Positions 10,961 to 22,591 of a stretch of 64,000 nucleotides of DNA are shown here, one piece after another. This DNA is from a virus (Duplodnaviria > Caudoviricetes). The position numbers and the translations under genes were made by a program. A model generated the notes under the pieces. It was not told where the DNA came from. It did not search any database and saw nothing but the letters and a program-made list of their open reading frames with translations. The stretch's first letter is position 1. Every line of letters starts with the position of its first letter. The stretch covers positions 1-64,000 of the IMG/VR virus record IMGVR_UViG_3300028591_003923. One strand, written 5' to 3'.

Positions 10961-13621
10961 ATGGCAACAACTAGTTATGGTTCAATAACAATTGTTGATA
11001 TTACTGATGTGGGTGAATTTTCTGTGTATCCACAAGCTAATAAAGCGCAAACACAGATTTATAATCCTGATGCAAGCGGTGATACTGCTTATACACCAAA
11101 TTGGGCCGAAAGTAATAATCCGTTAGTAATTACTCCAGTAGCATTTTACGCAGGAACAAATAAAACATCAGCGTCAAGATATACTTGGAAGAAATATATA
11201 AATGGAGTAGAAACTCAATTTACAAGTGGTGAAGTTGTGGCAGATACGGCGCGACATGAGAGTTTGACAATTAATACAAATGTTTTAACAGTAAGTAATG
11301 CAATAGTTACTTATGAAGTAACGGCATATTTTACTCCACCAAATTTTGGTACTGAAGAGTTAGAAGCTACTGGTCGTATAGATTTTTCGTTAATTAGTCG
11401 TGGAAGTTCTGCAAAAACGGTTAAAATTACAGGCAATAATATTTTTGCTTATGATGCAACAGGTAATTTAAAACAGGCAGGAGCATCACCTATTCTTTTA
11501 ACAGCAACTTATAGTAATGTTACTACAGTTGGGTGGAAATATAAAACTGGTTCAACTTGGACATCGTATCCTACTACTGGCCCAGGTGGAGAACAAAATA
11601 TTACTACTGGTAGTCCATCGACGTTAAAAGTTTTTGAAAATCAACAAGTAAGTGGTGCAAGCATTTTTACCGGTGATTCGCTAACGGTAAAATTTGAAGC
11701 AGTAGATATAGATGGGAACGAAGTTTCAGATATATTTACAATTACCAAATTAAGAGATGGCGGTATGATAGCTACTGCCACTTTAACAAATGATGACCAG
11801 ATGATACCAGCTAATAAGGATGGAAGTACGACACCTGGCGCATTTGGTGAAGCAACTACAACAAAGATTACTATTTATGATAAGAACGGTAATGTAGATA
11901 CAAATAACTGGGATATTGCGATTTCAAAAACCACTGGTTTAACCTATCAGAAATCTAAGAATGGTACTGATTGGTTTGCAGAAGGAATTACTGGTACTGA
12001 CTATACTTATGTAAAAGTAACAGATATGACTGCAGCGGTTGATACTGGCAATATTACCTTTAGTTGTACTAATAAGACAGATAACACACAACATATAGAA
12101 AAGCAATTTTCGTTAGTGAAAGTTAAGGCAGGAAAAGACGGAGAAGACCCTGTAGTATATGATATTGTAGCTGATGTCGTAGCAGTAAATAAAAATGAAG
12201 CTGGGGCGTATTCTCCTACACAAGTAGTGTTTACTGCCAAACAGACTACTGGTAATACAACAGTAGATTGGGCAAATGGTTTTATTAGAGTTTTTGCTGA
12301 TAACAGTGTTGTTGATACAAGTGATAATGCAAGGAGTTCGGTAACTTATAGTTTTTCGGGAAATAGTGTTCAGGTTTTCAGAGGCGTACTATATGAAGAT
12401 AATAGTTTTACAAAACAATTAGCCTCTCAATCAGTTACTGTTACTAAAGATGGTACAAAGGGTGCTGATGGAAAACAGGGATTAGGTGCAATTAATGTAG
12501 TAATTGATAATGAAGCCGAAAGCATTCCTTGTCTTGCTAATAACAAGTTAGCTAGTGATTATACAATTACAATTCATTTTACAGGTTATCAAGGTATAAC
12601 TACTAGACCTACTACAATTACAGTACCAAATATTAGTGGATTTACCGTACCAACAGGAGAATCAATTACTAAAACGGTAAGCGGAAATACAATTACCTAT
12701 GTAATACCTGCTGGTTCAACACTAGCTACAAAAGGAAGCGCACAATTAAATTTCCAAGTTACTGGACAGCATTATGATAGTACGGGAACATTAGTAAATG
12801 ACACCACAGCAACTGAAATTTCTAAATTGTTCAGTTGGTCACGTAGTTCAGCTGCGCAAGAATCAGTAATGGTACTGATTGAAACACCACAAGGTACAGT
12901 ATGGGAAAATAGTCAAGGGCAATTAACCGCAGTAGCTAATGTACTTGATGGTAATACGCCAATAGCTGATGGTGATGCAACATATACTTGGCAACAATAT
13001 GGTGGTACTAATCCTGGCGCTGACGGATATGGGACGTTAAAAACAGGAGCAAGTGCGAGCGGTAAGACTTTAACGGTTGGTGCGGCCGCAGTAGATGGTT
13101 TTGGTTCTTTCAGAGTGCTTGTTACATATCCTACGGGTGGAAGCAATTCTTATAGAGCATATGTGTCATTTATTGATAAATTTGACCCTATACAGGTAAG
13201 TGTCCATTCAACAATTGGTACACAAATTAAAAATGGTCAAGGCTATGGGGCCATGTATGTAAGAGTGACAAGAGATGGACAGGAGATTGATGAGATTCCT
13301 TTAAATGTTGAAGCAGTTACAGATACGGCACAGGCTGATAGTAATGCAACCTATTGTATTTTATGTACTAAACCTACAAGTACTACTAGTACTGACGATA
13401 CGGTAGCCGCGCGCGGTAGTGCGGTTTTATATAAAAAAACTGGTTCGTCTTGGGCGCCTGCAACTATTACTAGTACTTATACTTGGACTTATCGTGGACC
13501 AGACGATGATGTACTTGATAGTAGTAAAAGAAAGCCGGCTACCACTGGAAAATGTGTTTATGTAGATGGAAGTTTAATTAATTCAAAAATTACAGCTGAT
13601 GTAAAAGTTGAAGTAAATTAG
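10961..13621 (+). CDS. Tail/baseplate structural protein with Ig-like beta domains
   Basis: SYGSITIVDITD N-terminus, Thr/Gly-rich beta composition, GKDG motifs. Confidence 0.7.
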   Translation: MATTSYGSITIVDITDVGEFSVYPQANKAQTQIYNPDASGDTAYTPNWAESNNPLVITPVAFYAGTNKTSASRYTWKKYINGVETQFTSGEVVADTARHESLTINTNVLTVSNAIVTYEVTAYFTPPNFGTEELEATGRIDFSLISRGSSAKTVKITGNNIFAYDATGNLKQAGASPILLTATYSNVTTVGWKYKTGSTWTSYPTTGPGGEQNITTGSPSTLKVFENQQVSGASIFTGDSLTVKFEAVDIDGNEVSDIFTITKLRDGGMIATATLTNDDQMIPANKDGSTTPGAFGEATTTKITIYDKNGNVDTNNWDIAISKTTGLTYQKSKNGTDWFAEGITGTDYTYVKVTDMTAAVDTGNITFSCTNKTDNTQHIEKQFSLVKVKAGKDGEDPVVYDIVADVVAVNKNEAGAYSPTQVVFTAKQTTGNTTVDWANGFIRVFADNSVVDTSDNARSSVTYSFSGNSVQVFRGVLYEDNSFTKQLASQSVTVTKDGTKGADGKQGLGAINVVIDNEAESIPCLANNKLASDYTITIHFTGYQGITTRPTTITVPNISGFTVPTGESITKTVSGNTITYVIPAGSTLATKGSAQLNFQVTGQHYDSTGTLVNDTTATEISKLFSWSRSSAAQESVMVLIETPQGTVWENSQGQLTAVANVLDGNTPIADGDATYTWQQYGGTNPGADGYGTLKTGASASGKTLTVGAAAVDGFGSFRVLVTYPTGGSNSYRAYVSFIDKFDPIQVSVHSTIGTQIKNGQGYGAMYVRVTRDGQEIDEIPLNVEAVTDTAQADSNATYCILCTKPTSTTSTDDTVAARGSAVLYKKTGSSWAPATITSTYTWTYRGPDDDVLDSSKRKPATTGKCVYVDGSLINSKITADVKVEVN

Positions 13622-13632
13622 GAGGTAATGTT

Positions 13633-16600
13633 ATGGCTCAAGTTTCATATGGAACAATAACAATTACCGATACAAATGATATAGAAAGTATTTATATGGA
13701 GTATGCGCAGTCTACGTCAAATCAGACTGCGCCTACTTCTGGATGGGATACAGATATTCCGACTTGGCGGCAAGGCTATTATATTTGGCAACGTACTGTT
13801 ACTAAGATGAGTGGAGTACCTCTTAGTTCTGACAGTTATGGAGAGCCGATTTGCTTAACTGGTTCAACTGGTTCTACGGGTGCGACCGGCCGCGGTGTGA
13901 GTTCAATTGTAACTACATACTGTAATTATGGAACGGGTGAACCTGCTGCAAGTTATAGCGGTTGGCAATCTACTGTACCGACGTATGATAGTACAAAACC
14001 AAATTATTGGGTTAAAACAGTTATTACATATACGACTGGCACTCCTGCAACAGATACAACCATTTATAAAGATAACGGTATTACTAATGCGACAAGTACT
14101 GCGGCCGCAGCAAATTCAACTGCACAAGCTGCGAGCAATAAAGCAGATAGTGCTTGGAGTAAAGCAGATAATGCAGAAACTATAGCGGGTAATGCTAATT
14201 CTGCAATTAGTGATTTAAATCAATATTTTTGGAGACAGAAAACAGCAACTACTAATGTACCTGCTGGTAGTTATGTCACTAATATACCTGGAACGACTTA
14301 TAAAAATGACCCAGCACAAGGTGGTTTTAATAGTTTGGTTCAAGCAACAGGTATTTTCTTGAGAAATGGAATTACTACTTTGTCTTCGTGGACAGGTACT
14401 GCTTTGACTTTTAATAATCCATCAAGTGGCAATGCTCAGTTAATAATCGGTGCAAACGGTACGTTACAAAGTGGAAACTATACAAGGGGTTCAGATTCTA
14501 AATTCTCAAGTAATGGTACAAAGATTGATTTAATAAATGGTGATATTATTACAAAATATTTCCGTGTTTCACAGGGATTGGAGACTGGATTAAATGCGGG
14601 AGTATATGTTCATGGAACAATTGAGGCACTTGACGGTACTATTGGTACTGATTCTACTAATTATTGGGAAATTGGTAATGGAACGGATTATAATTTAAGT
14701 TCAACCGCGAAAATGATTGGCCATGGGTCATCTTATATTCAATTAGGAGATTCATCAACTTGGCGGCTTGCCACGAATCGTATTCATACTGGATGGTATG
14801 TGTCTAGTGATTCTTTACTTCATTATCCTAGTATTAATAGTAAGTATTGGGATTTTGGGCTTCATACACCAGCAGCCGCGACAGAAAAGTTCTTATACAT
14901 TAGAAAATCTAAAGCAAATACAAGTGCAAGTAATACACTAACAAATTTACTTTATGATATTGATGATACGTATGCTACTCCTCAATGGGATTATGTTTTT
15001 TACATCTCTGCTGATGGTAGTTTATATGCAAAAAATTTATATGTATTAGATGAGAATGGTAATGCTACACAAATTGGCGGTACTGATGGAGTTTATCTCC
15101 TTAAGTCCGGTGGCACTATGACTGGCTCCATTACAATGTCTAATGGGGGTAAGTTTATTGGTGACTTAACTGGTAATGCAGACAGTGCGACAACCGCAAC
15201 GACTGCAACTCAAGTTTCAAAGAATTTAAAAATTCAACTTAATAGTGGTACTACTGAAGGAACTAATCAATTTACCTATAACGGTAGTGCGGCAAAGAAT
15301 ATAAATATAACTAAATCTTCTATTGGTTTAGGCAACGTAGAAAATACTGCGCTTTCAACCTGGGCAGGTTCTTCTTCACTTACTACTGTAAAAGTTGGTA
15401 CTTTAGCTGAAGCCGCGACAAGAGGGGTTGATACGTCGATTAGTGCAGCAAGTACTTCGACAAAACTTCCGACTTCTGCGGCGGTTGCTGCGTTTGTAGA
15501 AGGGAAAGGGTATTTGACTTCCTATACTGAAACCGACCCAACCGTACCTTCGTGGGCGAAGACATCATCTAAACCATCATATGGACTTACTGAAATAAGT
15601 GGTACTGATGACCTTCGTGCAATTGAGGCACTAACAGGCACATCCGGCTTTTTGAAGAAAACTGCGGCGAATACTTGGACCTTAGATACGAATACGTATT
15701 TGACTTCATATACAGAAACTGACCCGATATTTAAAGCTAGTGCGGCTTATGGAATTAGTAGTACAGATATTAGTAATTGGAATTCGAAGACGAGCAATAC
15801 GGGTACGGTTACTTCAGTAGCTGCAAGTGGAAGCGGTGGAATTACAATTTCTGGTAGTCCAATTACTACGAGTGGGACTATTACTATTGGTTTGAACTTA
15901 TCCACTGCTATTAACGGACTTGGAGAAGGCACGTCTAATGCGAATAGAAATGATTATATAGTTGCGCAATATGCGAGTGGCGGTACAACTACTACTACAT
16001 ATCATAGAAGAAGTTTAGCTCATATATTTGCGGCTCTTAATTCGAGTGATATTACAACTGCTTTAGGATATACACCGTATAATAGTACGAATCCGAATGG
16101 ATATATTACTGCAAACCATACGAGTACATATAGTTTACCAATTGCAAAATATAATACATTGGGCGGGGTTAAACCAGCCTATAGTTCAACTAGTGCTGCA
16201 AGTTTGACTACTGCGGCCGCGACAAATACAACTACTCCTACTATTGCTGCAAAAACAACTACTAGTGGTAGATATTATGCAGTTGAAGTTGATAAAAACG
16301 GAATACTGTTTGTTAATGTACCATGGACCAATGTTAATTCAAGTTATTTAACTAGTTCAAGTACATTAAATTGGAATAATGTAACTCAAAATCGTCCAAC
16401 TACTGCTAGTGGTTATGGAATTACTGATGCAATAACTAATGTATCTGCTACATCTGCAAGTGGTGGTTCAACAACTTTTACTTTAACTAAATCTAATGGT
16501 ACTACATCAAGTTTTGATGTTGTTGTATATGCTTCTGCCGCAACGCAGGCTACTGATGCGAATTATTTAACAGATGGAACAACACGTTATTCTGTGGGTA

Positions 16601-18666
16601 GTGCTAAAAAACCAATATATTTTGATGGTGGTATTCCAAAGGCTTCAGATGGTACGGAAGGTACGTCAACTAAGCCGGTTTATTTAAGTAGCGGTACAAT
16701 TACTGCTGGGTCAACATATGCGGGTGGTACTAAAGTTACTTTGAACAATAGTGATAAGGGCGCTTCTACTGCTTCATTCTATGCGCCGACAACCGGTGGA
16801 ACTACTTCACAGGTATTGATTGGTAATGGTACGACTAGCGCGCCAGTTTGGACTAATATTAGTAGTTTGGTACCGACTAATGCTGGCACGGCTGATGCCT
16901 TTAGTTCAGCTGCGACAGTTGCATTAACTGGTGATACTACTGGTAGTGCAAGTAGTACAAAAGGATGGTCAATAACTACAAAGACAGATAGAATTTCAAC
17001 TGTTGGAGATAATCGTGCGGTAGCAACTACACCAAATGATTATGTTAATAAAATTATTTTTCAAGGATTAAAAACTAATAGTTCTTTTGGTTCACCTTCT
17101 ACAGATAGTTATTCGTATGTAGTTGGTTTACGTGGATGGTCAGATTCGTCAGGTGGAAATTCCCATGAATTTGCTTTTAATAATTCTGGTATCAACCATC
17201 GCTCGGGCGCCACAACTTCATGGAGTGCTTGGGAAAAGTTAATTACATCTAGTAATTATACGGATTATACTGTTACAAAAACTGGTTCAGGTGCGAGTGG
17301 TACTTGGGGAATTAATATTAGTGGTAAAGCAACTACTGCGGGAACAGCAGATGTTGCTAATTCCGTAGCTTGGGCCAATATAACTGGTAAGCCTATTAAT
17401 TTTATAACAAATAGTGCATCATTAAGTACTAATGGCTGGAAAACACTTGGTGGTAGAACCGCACAAAATAGTATTGCTATTTCTTATGCTAATTCTAGCC
17501 AAGCTGCCTGGAATAGTGGAAGTTATTCCGCTTCTATTGTGTTTGGTTGTCAAGATACTAAAGGTATGCTTGATGTAGGATATAGTACTCCTATTGTTAG
17601 CTTTGGCGGAGGTAGCGTAGGCGGCTCTACAGATAATGCGCCAACTTGGTATTTTAAACTTAGTGGAACTTCTGGGCAGACTTATACTTTTCCTTCAACT
17701 TCAAAAACTTTGGTTGCTACAGATGGAACTGGTGCGAGTGGTACATGGGGGATTTCAATTAGTGGTAATGCTGCGACAGCTACGAAGGCAACTCAAGATG
17801 GTGATGGTAATACTATTACAACTTCTTATTTACGTCGCTTCCCATGGTGGAACAGTGGAGATACACATAATATAGATGATTTAAGAGCTGGTATTACCTT
17901 TGCTTATGGTGGCACTCATAATGGTCCTACTACGGGTACAGTTGTTGCTTTTGATTGTTCAACAAATACCGCCTATACTTTACAATTAATGGGTACATAT
18001 AATGCGTTTAATGATTTATATTTTAGAAATTGTAATGGTGATAATGGTACTTGGGGAGATTGGCGAAGAGTAGTTTATAATTCTGGTACTTGGAGTATTA
18101 ATATTACTGGAAATGCAGCTATTGCCACTAAAGCCACACAAGATGGAAGTGGTAATACGATTACTTCAACCTATGTAAAAAAAGCTGGTGACACAATGAC
18201 CGGCGCGCTGAATACGGCCAACGGTATAGCGAATAAAATTGGTGATGATTCGCAACTTGGTGATTTTAATATTGGCGGTACCTTAGGAATTCAAGGTTTA
18301 AATGGTACGACAGGAATTGCATTATTAAAATATGGAGATACCTGGGGTCAAAGCGCGAATTATGCACATATTAATTATGACGGTACTTATGTTAATTTAA
18401 ACAAATTATTTAAAATTACGACTAATAGCAATACTGTTACTATTGGTTCACAGAACTCATCATTTACTCATATATATAATAGCACTTCTATACCGTTTAT
18501 TTTCAACAATTCTATATTAACAACTAGTGGAAGTTTGGGTAATAACACCTATCCATTTACTAATGTTAATATAAATGGAGCCTATAATATGCTAGTATCT
18601 GGAGCGCAGAAAGCTGCAATGCACTACGATTCCACCCTCGATGCAATCGTATTTAGCTTCGCATAA
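13633..18666 (+). CDS. Tail fibre protein, 1677 aa
   Basis: APTSGW..YIWQRT repeats, GNADSATTA, YLTSYTETDP x2, GASGTWGI.ISG repeats, KKAGDTMTG. Confidence 0.85.
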   Translation: MAQVSYGTITITDTNDIESIYMEYAQSTSNQTAPTSGWDTDIPTWRQGYYIWQRTVTKMSGVPLSSDSYGEPICLTGSTGSTGATGRGVSSIVTTYCNYGTGEPAASYSGWQSTVPTYDSTKPNYWVKTVITYTTGTPATDTTIYKDNGITNATSTAAAANSTAQAASNKADSAWSKADNAETIAGNANSAISDLNQYFWRQKTATTNVPAGSYVTNIPGTTYKNDPAQGGFNSLVQATGIFLRNGITTLSSWTGTALTFNNPSSGNAQLIIGANGTLQSGNYTRGSDSKFSSNGTKIDLINGDIITKYFRVSQGLETGLNAGVYVHGTIEALDGTIGTDSTNYWEIGNGTDYNLSSTAKMIGHGSSYIQLGDSSTWRLATNRIHTGWYVSSDSLLHYPSINSKYWDFGLHTPAAATEKFLYIRKSKANTSASNTLTNLLYDIDDTYATPQWDYVFYISADGSLYAKNLYVLDENGNATQIGGTDGVYLLKSGGTMTGSITMSNGGKFIGDLTGNADSATTATTATQVSKNLKIQLNSGTTEGTNQFTYNGSAAKNINITKSSIGLGNVENTALSTWAGSSSLTTVKVGTLAEAATRGVDTSISAASTSTKLPTSAAVAAFVEGKGYLTSYTETDPTVPSWAKTSSKPSYGLTEISGTDDLRAIEALTGTSGFLKKTAANTWTLDTNTYLTSYTETDPIFKASAAYGISSTDISNWNSKTSNTGTVTSVAASGSGGITISGSPITTSGTITIGLNLSTAINGLGEGTSNANRNDYIVAQYASGGTTTTTYHRRSLAHIFAALNSSDITTALGYTPYNSTNPNGYITANHTSTYSLPIAKYNTLGGVKPAYSSTSAASLTTAAATNTTTPTIAAKTTTSGRYYAVEVDKNGILFVNVPWTNVNSSYLTSSSTLNWNNVTQNRPTTASGYGITDAITNVSATSASGGSTTFTLTKSNGTTSSFDVVVYASAATQATDANYLTDGTTRYSVGSAKKPIYFDGGIPKASDGTEGTSTKPVYLSSGTITAGSTYAGGTKVTLNNSDKGASTASFYAPTTGGTTSQVLIGNGTTSAPVWTNISSLVPTNAGTADAFSSAATVALTGDTTGSASSTKGWSITTKTDRISTVGDNRAVATTPNDYVNKIIFQGLKTNSSFGSPSTDSYSYVVGLRGWSDSSGGNSHEFAFNNSGINHRSGATTSWSAWEKLITSSNYTDYTVTKTGSGASGTWGINISGKATTAGTADVANSVAWANITGKPINFITNSASLSTNGWKTLGGRTAQNSIAISYANSSQAAWNSGSYSASIVFGCQDTKGMLDVGYSTPIVSFGGGSVGGSTDNAPTWYFKLSGTSGQTYTFPSTSKTLVATDGTGASGTWGISISGNAATATKATQDGDGNTITTSYLRRFPWWNSGDTHNIDDLRAGITFAYGGTHNGPTTGTVVAFDCSTNTAYTLQLMGTYNAFNDLYFRNCNGDNGTWGDWRRVVYNSGTWSINITGNAAIATKATQDGSGNTITSTYVKKAGDTMTGALNTANGIANKIGDDSQLGDFNIGGTLGIQGLNGTTGIALLKYGDTWGQSANYAHINYDGTYVNLNKLFKITTNSNTVTIGSQNSSFTHIYNSTSIPFIFNNSILTTSGSLGNNTYPFTNVNINGAYNMLVSGAQKAAMHYDSTLDAIVFSFA

Positions 18667-18677
18667 CTTATAAATTC

Positions 18678-18702
18678 AGAGCCGTTAATTCGGCTCTTTT
18701 TA
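18678..18702 (+). terminator. Intrinsic terminator
   Basis: agagccg-ttaatt-cggctct plus T-run. Confidence 0.8.
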
Positions 18703-18895
18703 TTTACTCAATTGTCAAAAATTTGACTTATATATAGATTCATGCTATAATTTAAATAGTGGAAAATAAATAATTTCTTACCGTCTACGGCGGCCCGCTG
18801 TGTTCGACGCTCATGAACGATTCCTTGAACGTTCTTGGACGGTCCGGCCGCCATGGACGGTAGGGAAGTTGATATAGATTGGAGGGAAAGGAGAT

Positions 18896-20854
18896 ATGGC
18901 ATTACAATTATGGATGCCTTTAACAAAAGATTTAAGACAACAGGGAATATCTAATATTATTCCAACACAAACTACTGGTTATACAAGTATAGCAGCGGGT
19001 AAGCTTGGAGGATGTTATAAATTTACCGGAACCTTTGATACATTATTACCTTTTTCTAATTGGAATTGGACAGAAGGTAGTGTGTCATTTGGGTGTTGGG
19101 CAAAAATTTCACGTTCTGAATTAGCTACTTTAGTAAATGCTCAAACTTATGATTCAACAAATAGTTCTATGGGAGGGACTTTACTTGGTAGAGATTCATA
19201 TGGCGGATTGGGTTTACGTTGGAAAACTAATAATATTTATACAGATTCTAGTTTAAATGCTGTTTATATTTATACACACATAAGAAACACCAGTTCTGCT
19301 GCGAATTATACAGGTAATTATACCATTTCTTTTGATACCTGGTTTCATATTATGACGGTATTAGATAGAATTAATAATAAAATTAATATTTATGTCAATG
19401 GTGAATTATTTACTACTACTGATTTAACGGTTACTGGTACTTTTACTACGGGTAGTTTTAGAATTGCTGAAGCTACTTGGGATGGAGGTAATGGTAGAGG
19501 TTCCGCAGGATGCTGGCAGTTAAATGATGTAAGAATATATGATAATGCACTTTCTTCAATGGAAGTCAAACAAATTTCAAAAGGACTTGTATTACATTAT
19601 CCTTTAAATAGAGGGGGATGGGGACAAAACAATATTTTATTAAATACTGGTTTTGAATCTCGCTATACTCAATCTACTGGTTGGGATACTACTAAAAATG
19701 GTACTCAATTAGCTAGTTCTTGGGGCGGATATAATAGTGGTGTTCCTAATCCGTCTACCGTATATCATGCTCATTTAAAACAAGTAAATGGAGAATGGGT
19801 TTATGAATATATACGAACAGCAAATGAATCATGGTTAGGTATTGCACAAGGTGGTTTACAATCTAGATTAACCGCTGGGAAGACTTATACTTTTTCTTGG
19901 GAAGAATATAGAGTAGAAGGAAATAATTATCCAACTGGTGGTCTTTATTATTATAAAACAGGAGCTACTTCTGCAAATTTTCACTTGGGTCAATTTGGAG
20001 GCAGTTCTGGCAATATTTTGGGTCAGTGGAGGAAATTTTCTTACACTTTTACTGCCCCAACAGATGGAGATTATTCAAAAAATATGGCTTGGTATATTTA
20101 TGGTCATTCTGGTGGGAATGGAAAAATGTATATGCGTCATCCAAAATTAGAAGAAGGTTCTGTCGCGACTCCATGGTGCCCAAATTTAGTCGACGCATTA
20201 GCTACAATAATGGGACTTAATTCTTTAATAGAATATGACTGTTCTGGTTTTTGTAATAATGGAATAAGAACGGGTACATTTAGTTGGACAAGTGATACAC
20301 CGAAATATAGTGTTTCAACTTATTTTGAAGATTATACAAGAAAATTACGTGCTCCATTAATATTTACTCCAACAGCAATTACTATGGCAGTATGGATAAA
20401 AAGTTCAGCTACTGGTCGTGGTTCATACCATATGCCTTTAAATATAAATGGAGCAGCATATGAATTTTCAATTGGCTCAGACGGCAAGTTTAGAAACGGT
20501 TTTTATATTAATAATTCTCGTGTTGTAGATACAGTGAATAGTAAAAATGTATTAGATGGGCAATGGCATCATTTGTGTGCTACTTATGATGGTACTACAA
20601 TAAAACGATATGTAGATGGGATTTCTGTTACTGGAGGTGACCATGCTGCAACAGGTGCTTTAGCTACTACATCAATGTTATATGTGGGAGATTATGGAAC
20701 TAACGAAACATATGGCAATAATCAAATATATGAATCTGATATTCGTATCTATGCAACCGCCCTATCTGCCGACGACGTTAAATCTCTCTACCAAAACTCC
20801 GCTTACATAGATGGCTCAGGCAATGTATACGGAGCAGTTCACAGCGAAGTCTAA
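18896..20854 (+). CDS. LamG/concanavalin-like and carbohydrate-binding-module virion protein
   Basis: Two LamG-type units (WFHI..IYVNG..LNDVRIYDNALS; WHHLCATYDG..DIRIYATALS) flanking a CBM-like unit ending KLEEGSVATPW. Confidence 0.8.
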   Translation: MALQLWMPLTKDLRQQGISNIIPTQTTGYTSIAAGKLGGCYKFTGTFDTLLPFSNWNWTEGSVSFGCWAKISRSELATLVNAQTYDSTNSSMGGTLLGRDSYGGLGLRWKTNNIYTDSSLNAVYIYTHIRNTSSAANYTGNYTISFDTWFHIMTVLDRINNKINIYVNGELFTTTDLTVTGTFTTGSFRIAEATWDGGNGRGSAGCWQLNDVRIYDNALSSMEVKQISKGLVLHYPLNRGGWGQNNILLNTGFESRYTQSTGWDTTKNGTQLASSWGGYNSGVPNPSTVYHAHLKQVNGEWVYEYIRTANESWLGIAQGGLQSRLTAGKTYTFSWEEYRVEGNNYPTGGLYYYKTGATSANFHLGQFGGSSGNILGQWRKFSYTFTAPTDGDYSKNMAWYIYGHSGGNGKMYMRHPKLEEGSVATPWCPNLVDALATIMGLNSLIEYDCSGFCNNGIRTGTFSWTSDTPKYSVSTYFEDYTRKLRAPLIFTPTAITMAVWIKSSATGRGSYHMPLNINGAAYEFSIGSDGKFRNGFYINNSRVVDTVNSKNVLDGQWHHLCATYDGTTIKRYVDGISVTGGDHAATGALATTSMLYVGDYGTNETYGNNQIYESDIRIYATALSADDVKSLYQNSAYIDGSGNVYGAVHSEV

Positions 20855-20985
20855 CGTATACGTGCGGCTTCGCCGTTGAGCTTCGCTCAATGCGGCCGCA
20901 CAGTACATGTACGTACAACATCTGCAGCCGATGTATGGATTTGATGACCGGCGCGCAGAGTACATAAGACAAGTAAGGAGAAGAA

Positions 20986-21684
20986 ATGAGTGAGAATTTA
21001 GCCTATGAAGTAAATATGAATATAATTAATAAGAAGATGGCTAATCCGCTTTCTTCTTATACGCAATCAAACTGTCAGGTCAGCTTGACCGATGATGGAT
21101 ATAGAATTTACCGACCACCGAATAAAAATCCAACCAATGATGGTAACACAATGTGGGGCGGATTTGTTATGAGATTTTATGAGCCTCCTTTTACAAAGGG
21201 TCACAGATATGTTGTTCAATTTGAAACAAAAGGTCAAACTTCCAATGCTCCAAGCGATATATATTGGACCAATTTGGCTGGCTGGGGCGGAGGTGGTTTA
21301 CAACCTATACCATCTGATGTGGTAATTAAAAATATAGGAGCAAACTTTAATTCACAAGAATGGACAACAATATCTTATACTTGGACAATAAATGATGACA
21401 TATATAAAACCTGTACTTCATCATATTCAAGTTTTGTTCAGGGCACTGTTTATCCATCTTATCGAGACTTTAAGTGGGGATTTGGTTATACTGATACGGG
21501 CGCCCTCGGCACAGACCTCTATATAAAAAACGTCCGTATGTATGACCTCACAACCGCTTCACAAATAGATATAAAGAAAACCGGCGTAATAGAAGCTGGA
21601 AGTTTTTGGGAGACATTATCGAAGCAAGATGCAGCGTTTCACCATGATGGGGAGATAACGTCTAATTGCTTCTATGAAATCTAA
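20986..21684 (+). CDS. Putative carbohydrate-binding tail accessory protein
   Basis: Jelly-roll-like sequence (LYIKNVRMYD); aaggag RBS. Confidence 0.55.
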   Translation: MSENLAYEVNMNIINKKMANPLSSYTQSNCQVSLTDDGYRIYRPPNKNPTNDGNTMWGGFVMRFYEPPFTKGHRYVVQFETKGQTSNAPSDIYWTNLAGWGGGGLQPIPSDVVIKNIGANFNSQEWTTISYTWTINDDIYKTCTSSYSSFVQGTVYPSYRDFKWGFGYTDTGALGTDLYIKNVRMYDLTTASQIDIKKTGVIEAGSFWETLSKQDAAFHHDGEITSNCFYEI

Positions 21685-21697
21685 AGGAGAAAAATCA

Positions 21698-22531
21698 ATG
21701 GCACAATATTTCGCAATAATCAATTCAACCGACCGCGTCCAACTCTTCACTTGGGACGCCAACTCATTCCGCGGCAATGCAGAGCTTCATCTTGCAACCG
21801 ACGACCTCGCATACATCCGTGGATTACTTGAACACATTACTTCAATTTTAATTGTTGACGAAAACGACAACGAAGCCGCTTCGTTCACCGAATACGATGG
21901 CTTCAGCTCAATTACCTATCTTGGTCGCAACTATAGCTCGCAACTCAATGCATTTGCAAACGAGCTTGTGGTTACACTTAGAAAAGCTGACCTTATTGAG
22001 CAGGTCAAACGTATTGACGAAAAAGTTAATCCAATCATTGACTTTGAAGCAATGACACTTGACGAATACAAGCAATGGAAAATTAATCAGCTATCTTCAA
22101 TGGGTGAACAGACAATCTTTGCAGGTACAGACGTAGAACTTACCGATGGTACAACTAAAAACTTCACATATGACCTTGAGGACCAATCGAACCTACTCAA
22201 TGCCATGTTTATAATCCAAGCTCTCGATGACCTTACAATTACAATTCCATATCATGGTCATGGTGAGCCTTGCGAGCTTTATAACGCTCTTGACATTTTA
22301 GCAGTATATATTGCTCTTCAAGTATTTTCAACTACTGTACAAACCCTTGTTAATATGAAAATTAATTGGGTGCGTGAATGTGAAACTAAGGAAGAAGTAC
22401 AAGCTATCAACTACGATACTCCGCTGCCGCAAGAGTGGCAAGACCGTGCGAACGCAATTCTTGTTCCAGCTATGAATATAGTTAATGAGTTAAAGAAAAA
22501 ATACTTTCCAGAACCTGAAGTAACAGAATAA
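21698..22531 (+). CDS. Tail fibre assembly-like protein (DUF4376-like)
   Basis: FTYDLEDQSNL, YHGHGEPCELY, EEVQAINY motifs. Confidence 0.6.
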   Translation: MAQYFAIINSTDRVQLFTWDANSFRGNAELHLATDDLAYIRGLLEHITSILIVDENDNEAASFTEYDGFSSITYLGRNYSSQLNAFANELVVTLRKADLIEQVKRIDEKVNPIIDFEAMTLDEYKQWKINQLSSMGEQTIFAGTDVELTDGTTKNFTYDLEDQSNLLNAMFIIQALDDLTITIPYHGHGEPCELYNALDILAVYIALQVFSTTVQTLVNMKINWVRECETKEEVQAINYDTPLPQEWQDRANAILVPAMNIVNELKKKYFPEPEVTE

Positions 22532-22591
22532 ATTAGTGTTGTACGTTGAGGGCGCGCCTTCAACGTACAACCATTATAAAAGGAATGAGTT

